In this document: positions 35,401 through 43,460 of the stretch, one piece after another
Numbering within the stretch: the first letter of the stretch is position 1
Layout: the number at the start of each line of letters is the position of its first letter
Assembly: GCF_001194135.2 (NCBI RefSeq)
Contig: NC_068996.1
Location: forward strand, 51,741,415-51,805,414
Reading direction: 5' to 3'
DNA: 64,000 nucleotides
DNA from: Octopus bimaculoides
Taxonomy: Eukaryota
Notes under the pieces: generated by a model
The model's input: the letters and a program-made list of their open reading frames with translations, nothing else
What the model was told of the DNA's origin: nothing
Database searches by the model: none
Program-made: the position numbers and the translations under genes

Positions 35401-37957
35401 TTCCTTTCCATATACAAAAATAAACCACAATCCATGCAAGCAATAAACACAAAGCCAGGTCCCATTTAATAGTTCCAGGATGTTCCACACCATCAGATAT
35501 GTTCAGTACTTTGCGCCTAAAACAAGATCAATTATGAAAATCAAATGGACAAATAATTTTTTTTTAATCATTACTCAATCTTCTTTTCATCATTAGTAAT
35601 GAATATGTTTTACCATACACAATTACCTATAATAAATTTTATTTCTTTATTTCCTTCTAATAAGATAATAAAACAAAATTTAATATTTTGTCCAAAATAA
35701 ATAAACACAAGGACTTACTCCCAAAATTCTGTAATAGGATCCATTACTATTGGCCTCGTGTAATTTCTTAGTTGAGTAATGGGTCGTTCAATGTAATTAG
35801 TCGTTTCATTAAACTGCAGCAAATTCATGTCATCTATCCCAAATGAACTGTTCAATGCATTTAAACTTGCGTTGCGGTAAAAGTCAATCTCAGTACAATT
35901 TTCTGAATTCCACTCATGGCCGCAGGAAGACCAAGGAAGGACAGATGTAAATGATGAGAACAGATAATAAAAGGACCATGTCAAAATGATGTTATAGTTA
36001 CAGTCGAGGAAGAACACAATCATAGAGCAAGCATAGCCGATTCCTGAAAATAAGATAATAAGAATTAATTTTGAGCTAATGAAATAATGGTCAAAAGTGT
36101 AAACATAGAAAATACAAGAGAATTTATTTTCACATTTAAGTGGAAATGAAGCAAAACACACAAGCAGACAATATATATAATGATGATGATATATACCTTG
36201 AAATAATGGACAAATTTTCCACGCTCCAACACCACCTTCAGACATAAATTGTCCCAGAGATACTTCCAGGAAAAAAACTGGAACACCACCCAGTATCACA
36301 GCCAACAAGTAGGGAATAAGAAAAGCACCTACAACAAATATCAAATTATGGTCAAAACATATTTAAAAGTGATTTCCTCTCACATAAAATAAATTTCAGG
36401 CATCAAGGTATTTTTGGTGTTCAATAAATCTTAACATTACAAACTTTTCAACAACCACAATCCTGAACATCATTAACTACATTATGTACCAGTGTCATCT
36501 TCCATTAACTCCAGATATGATAGGGTTACTTATGAGAAACTAATAAATATTTACAGCCTATTTGAATAAGGGTTATATTTTAAGGAATCTATACTTTCTG
36601 ATGTGTGTGTTAACATTTTCTGTTTGGAATAACATTCTATTCTATTCTAGCTTGACCAACTCATTAGAGTGTTTGCAAAGTTTTGAGTATCTTATTTGTT
36701 AATTCTGTATTAATTGTCATTATAGGAACATCCACACATTACAGAAGTGATGGGTTCCTGAAAATCTAACATGAAATCTATTTTTCCAGTTGATTTCCAT
36801 CAAACAAAGAAGTCCACAGAAAGTTTCACATAGAAAAATTTCATGTTACAACATCTTTAGGAGTACATCTCTTCCATAGAATGAGAGATTCCTGTATTTT
36901 TAAGCCACACAAATGTAGATCTCTGGATGGCATCACCTAGTTTCTTATTTCTTTACTGCCCACAAGGGGCTACTCACAGAGGGGACAAGTCGATTATATT
37001 GACCCCCAGTGCGTAACTGGTACTTATTTAATCGACCCCGAAAAGATGAAAGGCAAAGTCAACCTCGGCGGAATTTGAACTTAGAACGTAGCAGCAGACG
37101 AAACACCGCTAAGCATTTCGGCCAGCGTGCTAACGTTTCTGCCAGCTCACCGCCTTAGCTAATTTCTATTAGATATAAACAATAAATAGGCTTTTTGAAC
37201 AACAGATTATGATATTCAAAGGATTCATGACAGCATTTGGTTCTGATTTTTAAAAATAATACATTCGTACAGTAATTAAAAAAGATTTAATGTTTTAAGT
37301 TTAAAAATACAAGAAAACAGTGAGATAATCTAAAGTGGAAAAAAGTATTGCAATAATGACAATTTCTTTTTTTTACTACTATGTGAATAATTTGAAAACA
37401 TTATTACATGTTTTGTGTGTAATTAACAGATAACTTGATTGGACAAATAGAGCAGAGAGTGTTATAAATATCCAGTAAATAAACTGAGCCTTGCTTAAGA
37501 AATGAAAATAGAATTGACTGCATTAAGTAGTGTAGATGGGTAAAGCAAGTAGAGTGGAATGTATTGCCTAAGGATCTTATAGCTAAGTTGACTAAAGTAA
37601 ATGGAGTAGTGTAGTATTTCTTCAGTTTTTCAAGGGAGGCAAAAAAAAAAACAGAAGAAAAAAGAAAATTCGAGTGAGTTATTTTTTCATAGAAAATCTG
37701 AGAAAATATTATGAATACTCACCCCCACCATTTTTGTAACAAAGAAAAGGAAAACGCCAAACGTTGCCTAAACCAACAGAGAAACCAATACAAGCGAGAA
37801 GAAAATCAAGTTTTCTTCCCCATGTTTCCCTCTTCTTGATTTTCGATCCTGACTCATCACTGATTGTTATACTGGAGTCATCTGTTGATGATGAACCATT
37901 GCTTACTGCTGACATTGTCACAGTAGGCACATCTGTAAATTCAGTTGTCAGAGTCAT
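683..37957 (-). CDS. SLC6/NSS Na+/Cl--dependent transporter, GABA/taurine/creatine group; 13 coding exons, 679 aa
   Basis: Exons joined by hand at GT-AG sites: 235+132+325+133+135+104+125+113+138+100+101+180+219 = 2040 nt, with no frame break. Hallmarks are RETW...GLGNVWRFP, the EL2 cysteine pair, [13 protein letters not shown], [22 protein letters not shown] and [12 protein letters not shown]. Exact orthologue not assignable without a phylogeny. Confidence 0.95.
1310..1905 (-). mobile_element. RTE-type LINE 3' end / RTE-tail repeat with (ATG)n tail; other copies ~2480-2747(+), 13990-14220(-), 17283-17540(+), 18300-18510(+), 31257-31560(-), 43624-43890(-), 52966-53172(+), 57782-57960(-)
   Basis: Recurrent CATCATCATC(G)TTTAA..TCC..TTTCCATGCTGGCATGG..GGCTGCACCAGGCTCCAATCTGAT.TGGCA..GTTTCTACAGCTGGATGCCCTTCCTAA. 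The same block is contiguous with RTE coding remnants at 49745-50290. Confidence 0.8.
2789..2968 (-). CDS. SLC6 coding exon 12 (TM11-TM12)
   Basis: GTTTTAG|; [60 protein letters not shown]; donor GTAAGT; 180 nt. Confidence 0.94.
3157..3334. mobile_element. MITE-like repeat with CAG termini (possibly hAT); second copy ~59041-59220
   Basis: CAGAGCTGCC..CATTGCAG..CAAATCAATG..GGCCCT.TAGTACTTATTGACA..AAGCCACA shared by both copies; the 59-kb copy has an internal ~25-bp tandem duplication. Confidence 0.6.
4606..5040 (-). mobile_element. Young tRNA-derived SINE with (CAA)n tail, family A
   Basis: Reverse complement of the 20128-20500 copy; A box TGGCCCAGCGG, B box GGTTTCGATTC; near-TSD ACAAGTGGTAGT (4596-4607) / ACAAATGGTAGT (5040-5051). 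Confidence 0.9.
5675..5775 (-). CDS. SLC6 coding exon 11 (TM11)
   Basis: CTTTCAG|GG GTA; [33 protein letters not shown]; donor GTAAAT; 101 nt. Confidence 0.94.
6850..8130. repeat. Compound (TA)n/(CA)n/(TACA)n microsatellite fields in intron 10 (6850-7190 and 7790-8130)
   Basis: Directly visible; source of the [10 protein letters not shown] pseudo-ORFs. Confidence 0.9.
8387..8486 (-). CDS. SLC6 coding exon 10 (TM10)
   Basis: CCTTTCGTAG|; [33 protein letters not shown]; donor G|GTATGT; 100 nt. Confidence 0.93.
8680..9710. repeat. Long TA-rich microsatellite field enclosing an assembly gap
   Basis: (TA)n on both sides of the N run. Confidence 0.9.
8743..9364. other. Assembly gap (622 N); 10-N gaps also at 14327-14336 and 19212-19221
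   Basis: N runs; all three lie in SLC6 intron 9, so its length and content are uncertain. Confidence 1.
15644..15900 (+). mobile_element. tRNA-derived SINE with CORE-like centre and (TTA)n tail, family B
   Basis: GTGGCTCAGTGGTTAG head; GTGTTCTTGAGCAAAACACTT CORE-like block; CTGTGATGGACTAGCGTCCCGTCCAG motif; perfect 10-bp TSD TAAATACCAA (15634-15643, 15901-15910). Confidence 0.85.
20128..20500 (+). mobile_element. Young tRNA-derived SINE with (CAA)n tail, family A
   Basis: GGAGGCGCAATGGCCCAGTGGTTAGGG...GGTTTCGATTCCC head; tail CCAACAACAACA; perfect 12-bp TSD TATCGTTTCATC (20116-20127, 20501-20512). Confidence 0.92.
20700..21130 (+). mobile_element. RTE LINE fragment
   Basis: [35 protein letters not shown] matches the motif at 50100-50230. 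Confidence 0.7.
23163..23372 (+). mobile_element. SINE family C (GGCTGTGAGCTGGCAGAATCG...); other copies ~18833-19030(+), 36945-37156(-), 44262-44466(-), 51150-51350(+)
   Basis: Shared core GAGTTCAAATTC..GAGGTCAACTTTGCCTTTCATCCTT..GGGGTCGAT.AAATAAGTACCAGTT in five places, in both orientations. Confidence 0.85.
27316..27453 (-). CDS. SLC6 coding exon 9 (TM8-TM9)
   Basis: TTCCAG|; [46 protein letters not shown]; donor GTAAGT; 138 nt. Confidence 0.95.
28400..28648 (+). mobile_element. 3' fragment of a second mariner
   Basis: Translates to [22 protein letters not shown]...KCNEDYVE* (mariner C-terminus style), followed by a TIR-like ATTACTTTCAGACAATCCTCATA. Confidence 0.55.
29975..30087 (-). CDS. 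SLC6 coding exon 8 (EL4-TM8)
   Basis: T-run then AAG|GT CCG; [37 protein letters not shown]; donor GTGAGA; 113 nt. Confidence 0.95.
30277..30401 (-). CDS. SLC6 coding exon 7 (TM7)
   Basis: TTCAG|G GAC; [41 protein letters not shown]; donor G|GTAAGA; 125 nt. Confidence 0.95.
31106..31200 (+). mobile_element. Tigger/pogo-like terminal fragment with ~30-bp internal tandem repeats
   Basis: TA|CAGTAATCCCTCAC.. start, then about three diverged copies of TACATCGTGxxTCACCTATxxCxCACTCAG. Confidence 0.45.
31835..33042 (+). mobile_element. Full-length decayed mariner (DD34D type) in SLC6 intron 6
   Basis: TA-flanked inverted repeats TTGGGTCATTCCATAAATAATGTG / CACATTATTTATGGAACGACCCAA. Broken transposase: [41 protein letters not shown]...[17 protein letters not shown], with stops and frameshifts. 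Confidence 0.92.
33504..33607 (-). CDS. SLC6 coding exon 6 (TM6)
   Basis: TTTTTCAG|; [34 protein letters not shown]; donor AA|GTAAGT; 104 nt. Confidence 0.95.
33730..33864 (-). CDS. SLC6 coding exon 5 (TM5)
   Basis: CTTTCAG|; [45 protein letters not shown]; donor GTAAAT; 135 nt; not in the ORF track. Confidence 0.95.
34179..35320 (-). mobile_element. Decayed maT/mori-type (DD37D) Tc1/mariner transposon in SLC6 intron 4
   Basis: ORF fragments [18 protein letters not shown]...KGQFLS and [18 protein letters not shown]...WP...[10 protein letters not shown], with 37 residues between the second and third Asp. Short degenerate TIRs (GTGAATAAAT.. / ..GACAATTTACTCAT); ends approximate. Confidence 0.85.
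35384..35516 (-). CDS. SLC6 coding exon 4 (TM4)
   Basis: TTTTAG|G CGC AAA; [44 protein letters not shown]; donor GTAAGT; 133 nt. Confidence 0.95.
35719..36043 (-). CDS. SLC6 coding exon 3 (TM3, EL2)
   Basis: TTTTCAG|GA ATC GGC; [49 protein letters not shown]...DPITEFW; donor GA|GTAAGT; 325 nt. Confidence 0.95.
36197..36328 (-). CDS. SLC6 coding exon 2 (TM2)
   Basis: TTGTAG|GT GCT...; [27 protein letters not shown]...ICPLFQ; donor G|GTATAT; 132 nt. Confidence 0.95.
37723..37957 (-). CDS. SLC6 coding exon 1 (N-terminus, TM1)
   Basis: MTLTTEF...[38 protein letters not shown](G); donor G|GTGAGT, phase 1; acceptor TTTCTTTTTACAG| places the exon start at 37972. Confidence 0.93.
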
Positions 37958-39032
37958 TTCAATTGATGTAATCTGTAAAAAGAAACAATGTCAATGAGTT
38001 TAAATAATTAACAATAATGAATCATGAACGACTAAGTTTTATTTCACATCATTTCTACTTGAACAAAAAAACAAAAAAACAAAAAAAAAAAGATGGGGGT
38101 TATATGATCACAATGACCATCATTTCCTTTTCAGAGGCATAATGTAACTCATTTTTCCTTCAGTATGGTGTGATTTAAGAGAGGTTAGATTGCTGTTACT
38201 AGCAGGCTGAACAACCACACACAGACTCTCTCTGGTCATATTGTATGTGACTTATTTATACATAACTACAATGTTTGTACTATTGTTGTACATCCGTTTT
38301 CCATGCAGGCATGAGTTGGTAGCATTGTCATGCTCAGAGTCGTCCCTATTCAGCCTTACAATCTTCTAAAATGAGTTTGGGCGACTAAATCTTAGTTATG
38401 GCATAATTTCTGTAGTTGGAAGCCATTTACCAACCACTTTACAACTAGGTGCATTCTATCAGAGTACTTGGCCCCAGTGAGGTTACTCTGTACCTTGAAT
38501 GACTGAAGAACTTCAATTACTTTAAGTGGGAGAATGAAAGAGAGTGTGATAACAGAAACTGAGTTAAGGTGGAATGGTGAGAGAAGCTGAAGTAAGAAGC
38601 AGAGAGAGAGAGAGAGAGAGAAAGAGTAGTGTGAGGAGTAAGGGAAGAGGAAAAGCAATGTCTAAAGTCAGTGAAAGCAACTACTTTGGTGTCAAGAAGG
38701 TGAATGCTTCTTGGGCAGTCATAGATCCCATGTTTTAAAAGACAGTGTGACGAGGGAGAAAGAGAAGAGAGGAGAATGGCAGAGTGATAAGGATAGTATG
38801 TGGGTGGGTGAGTGGTCATGAATAAGGAGGGATCCAGTACTATCCATGTTAAGAGTCGTATACTACAGTGAATAAAAAGATAGTGCCAGGGGCAGTGAAG
38901 GGTAAGGTGTTCTAAAGGTAGAAAGTCATCAACACATCTGTTTTCCATGCTGGCATAGGTCGGACGGTTTGACAGACGCTGTCCAGACAAATACATATAC
39001 ACACAAACATATATGTGCATGCATGCGTGTGT

Positions 39033-39064
<32 letters not shown>

Positions 39065-39324
39065 GATGGGCTTCCATGTACCAAATCCATTCACTAGGCT
39101 TTGATCAGCCCAGGGCTATAGTAGAAGACCCTGCCCAAGAGTCCATGCAGTGGGACTGAACCTGGAACCATGTGGTTGGGAAGCAAACTTCTTACAACAC
39201 AGCCACGCCTATACCTATCTACTTCAGTCTTTCCAGGCTTCAGAGTTTCTCTGGATTGAAGGACCATGTCTTTGCTATGCTGCAGTGTTAAATTTTTATA
39301 TACAGCCATCATCATACAATTAAT

Positions 39325-39560
39325 TGGCCCTTGATTCTGAGAAAGAAACCCTTTGTTGCCAGAAATAGTTTTCCCCGAACTTACTCCATCCCATTCTTAC
39401 TCAGGCTCTCTTTCATTACATCTACTGCCATCGCTAATTAGGTCAACCAGTTAACAGAACCTATCAACTACTTCTAGGGAGTCATCCTGACATTAACGAG
39501 TATCTGTTACATGAGTGTTCTTAATGCACCTTGGACATCTGCCACATATGAATTCTAACT
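39325..39560 (-). mobile_element. RTE LINE fragment
   Basis: LEVVDRFC*LVDLISDGSRC...VRMGWSKF...ATKGFFLRIKG. Confidence 0.6.
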
Positions 39561-40726
39561 TTTCCATTAGCCTACATGTCACCCACTGTAGCTCTTCTAT
39601 ATCTACATTGGTTCAGCCATATAGAATTTCTTTCTATCCTTTTCTGCATATCAAGCATGACCTTTCTAACATATGCATATTACACACATGCACGCACACA
39701 CACAGACACACATACATTCAATGCATACACACAAATAAACATATAAGGCAAAGTGCTGCAGCTATTTTGGTTCCATTACTTTCAAGGGCTTCGGCTGACT
39801 GTATCAACATCAAAACTCAGTCTGGTATATATTTCGTTAATCTCCTTGAGACGTAACTAAGATGGAGCTAAATACTACAGCATATTTTTGTTCTACACAT
39901 TGAATTTTTTAGGCCATCCCATGTACCTTAAGGATTTCCACAGATTTTTCTCTTGACAAAATTTCATTTTTGAGATCCTGAAGCCACATGGGGAAAAGAT
40001 ATAAGCAGCACAGCAATTTTGGTGCTAATTCACAGAACAACCGAACAAGGTAATATTTCTCTAATGGAAGACTGGAAATGAAGAACATAGGCTCTTCTAT
40101 GATGATGAGGATGATGATGATGCTCATTTACAGCAACCACATGGTGTCAAGACAAAGATACACACACACATATTACATATATATATATATATATACATAC
40201 ACATATGTATATATTAAAAGAAATGCAGAATACGTTTGACATATTTTATGCCTATATATACATATGTGTATATATCATCATTATTTAATGTCTACTTTTC
40301 TTGCTTTACATGAGGTCAGGCACAATTTGCTGGGACAGATATTCTATGGCCAGATGTCCTTCCTGTTACCAAACCTTACCAGATTTCAAGCAAAGTAATA
40401 TTTTCCCATGGCCAGACATGCTTTTCATGGAAGACCAAAAACGAACCACATCGCTTGTATAACAATGTTGCTTGTTTACAACCATCACACGATGTTGAAA
40501 TAAGGCTATACACATGCACGCATACACACAAACACACACACATATACACCTGAAATGTAACCGCACATGGATTGTTGGGGATTTTCCCTCTTTCCGACGA
40601 AGAGCAATGCTTGAAACATTAACAACTCTCTCCTCTCACTGAGCATCAAATTAATATATTTCTTGTACACATCCTCACGCTTGTTTTTTTCTCCCCCAGC
40701 CCATTTTCTAATTGTTTGTTCTTTGA

Positions 40727-40769
<43 letters not shown>

Positions 40770-41019
40770 TACACAGTCATGGCCTTGAGCAAAGATGATA
40801 CACAATTTTGTGAAGCATTCCATAATTTTCAGTCCAACCCATACCAGCATAGAATATAGGCATTTAATGATGATCACACACACACACACACAACACTCAT
40901 GCATGCGCACACACATTCCACTTTCATCCGACTATAATTTAATCATTTAAAAATATATAAATGCATATGCCTGTTGACTAAGCAAGGTATTAGTCATGGA
41001 AATGAAGCAGTCAGTGAAG

Positions 41020-41400
41020 TGGGGGGATGGATAAGGAGGCTGTAGGAGAAAATATAAAGAGACAGGGGGGGGGTCATAAAAGAAGCGATTGTTTAATGCA
41101 GTGTAATAGTAGGAAGGGCAAAGAAAGGTGATAGGAGACGGGGAAGAAGTAGAGAAGCAGAAAGATGGATGGGAGAAAAAAGGAGGAAATCTGAAATGAA
41201 AGGAAAGAGGAAAGAAGAGAGAGAGTGAAAAAGAGAAAGAGAAATAGACGGAAAAAGAAGAGGAAGTTTGAAATGAAAGAAGAAAGAATAGAGAAAAGAG
41301 AGGGAGAGAATAGATTAAAGATATAGATGGGCGGTGGTGGGGGGCAAGGAAAGGTAGGACAGAACAAGGGGGTGGGAAGGACATATTGAGCAAGAGACCA
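41020..41400 (+). repeat. Purine-rich (GA/GGA) low-complexity tract
   Basis: About 380 nt that are mostly A/G, with G-runs near 41065 and 41330-41380; similar tract at 58770-58930. Confidence 0.8.
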
Positions 41401-41733
41401 AGATGAGAGTATATTTATCTTTCATTTTTTTTTTTACTTGACTTGACACCAGTAGTTATTTTTTAAGCCTGGTATTCATTCTATTGGGTCTCTTGCTGAA
41501 TTGCTAAGTTAGAGGGACATAAGCAAACCAACAGCAGTTGTTTAGCAGTGGTGGTGACAAACACAAAGAGACGCACACACACAGGAAAGAGGTGCAGAAG
41601 CACTGAGTGACTTAAGGGCTGAGAGCTTTGTGTTTGGTGATAAGTGCCAACATGAGTCACTCAGTTGCTGCTGTTGAATATTAATATCAATATTAATACA
41701 CACACACACACACACACACGTTTATCTATATAC

Positions 41734-42050
41734 ACTAGCAGACATACCCGGCATTGTCCGGGATTAAAATGGCATAGTTTTTTATTCTTTTGTTTCAGTC
41801 ATGTGACTGCGGCCATGCTGGAGCACCGCCTTTAGTCGAACAATTGACCCCAGGATCTATTTTTTGTAAGCCTGGTACTTATTCTATCGGTGTCTCTTGC
41901 CAAATCGCTAAGTTACAGGGACGTAAACACAGCAACATTGGTTGCCAAGTGATGGTGGGGGTACAAATACAAACAAATATACACACGAGTCTCAGTTTCC
42001 ATGTACGAAATCCACTTATAAGGGTTTAGCTGGCCTGAGACTATAGTGTG

Positions 42051-42110
<60 letters not shown>

Positions 42111-42189
42111 CACACACACACACGTACATATATGTACCTTGTTGTGATTACAGACAGAGAGACAAAGAATTTTATATATATATATAGAT
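41734..42189 (+). mobile_element. Helentron/HINE-like non-autonomous element hosting a family E repeat; related fragment 42440-42590
   Basis: ACTAGCAGACATACCCGGCATTGTCCGGG left end with a short hairpin, and GACAGAGAGAC..TTTTATATATATATATAGAT right end. AAATCGGTCGGGTAGTTCTCGAGTTTTAG at ~42540 is typical of such elements. Confidence 0.5.
41790..42040 (+). mobile_element. SINE-like repeat family E (...GCGGCCATGCTGGAGCACCGCC...); other copies 50575-50740(-), 41450-41580(+)
   Basis: GGCCATGCTGGAGCACCGCCTTTAG..TTGACCCCAGG..TAAGCCTGGTACTTATT..GGGACGTAAAC recurs as a reverse complement at 50575-50740. Confidence 0.75.
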
Positions 42190-43239
42190 TAAGCACGTAT
42201 TAAATGTTAATTTAAGGGTTAATATGTAACTGTAAATACCTTGCACCGTTGCAACTGTTATGATAATTATTAACTGCTAATTGAATAACAAATGTGTAAA
42301 ATAAGATGGTCTTAGTGTTATCATATTAGAATAAAAACAAAACTATTAAAAGTGAAATAATAAAAGCGAAACAATATTATATCACATTACAATAAAGATG
42401 TTATTGTTTCACTTTTGACACATAATAACGAAACAGTCTAAGAGACTGTTCCAGGGCTCGCATTAGGCAAAAAGTTGAAAATTTTTTGGTCCATGACACT
42501 CTATGGTCTCTAAGTAATGCACGTGTAAAATCTGAATGAAATCGGTCGGGTAGTTCTCGAGTTTTAGTGATGCACACATACACGTTTAGATCTTTTGCCC
42601 AATAACTCCTTGTCAAGTCTAACTCCCCCTCCCTGTCTTTCTTACTCTCTTAACTCCCTATCACTTATCTCTCTTACACTCAACTCTTCATCAATCATTT
42701 TCCCACAACAATCTCTCTCTGATGTTATTCTGACAGTATAACCAAAGAAGGCAGTACCCAATACACTCTATCATCAGCTTGTTGTAATTGAGCCACTTGC
42801 AACTGACATCCTTCAACAACTTGTGCCATTATCCATTTCCAAGTCTATTGCTATTCCTCATTCTCCCTTCCCATTTACACCCTCTTACATCTCCCACTGT
42901 TTCCACTTTCACACCCTTGCAACCTTCACTCATCCACCCTGATTCTTCTGTCATTGCTCTTTCTTCTCGACACCTTCTCACTCATATCATCTTGAGCAAA
43001 GGAGACTTTTATGCCACGATAAAATGCACCCAATACATATTCAGTAAAGTGGTTGGCGATGGAAGGGGGGAGGGTCCATAGAAACCATTTTAAAGATAAA
43101 ATGATGGTAAGACAAAAGCTACAGATTAGAGATGACTTAAAATGACACAAGTTCAATCCATTGAGGTAGACATAATGATAATGATGATGTGTGTAGTATC
43201 AATACACAAACACACAGGCATTCCATTGGTTACAATGAC

Positions 43240-43460
43240 AAGTGTTTCAGTTGATTTAATCATCAGAACAGCCGGCTCGTGAAATTAACATGCAAGTGGC
43301 TGAGCACTCCACAGACACACAACATACCCTGAAATACAGGTATTACACATTTTCGCCAGGTGAGTGGAGTGATTTGCTCAAGGACACAACATACTGCCGG
43401 ATATCAAACGCACAACCTTATGGTTACGAGTCAAATACATGTCCACTTAGCCATGCACCT
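43240..43460 (-). mobile_element. Degenerate SINE, family A 3' part joined to a CORE-like/tRNA 5' part
   Basis: CTCGTGAAATTAACATGCAAGTGGCTGAGCACTCCACAGACAC matches family A; TTGCTCAAGGACACAAC is the reverse complement of the CORE-like block. Confidence 0.6.

Noticed and set aside
40947-41393. Phe/Ser/Leu-rich ORFs (also 58722-59213 and 38517-39077)
   Set aside because: They are translations of polypyrimidine low-complexity strands.
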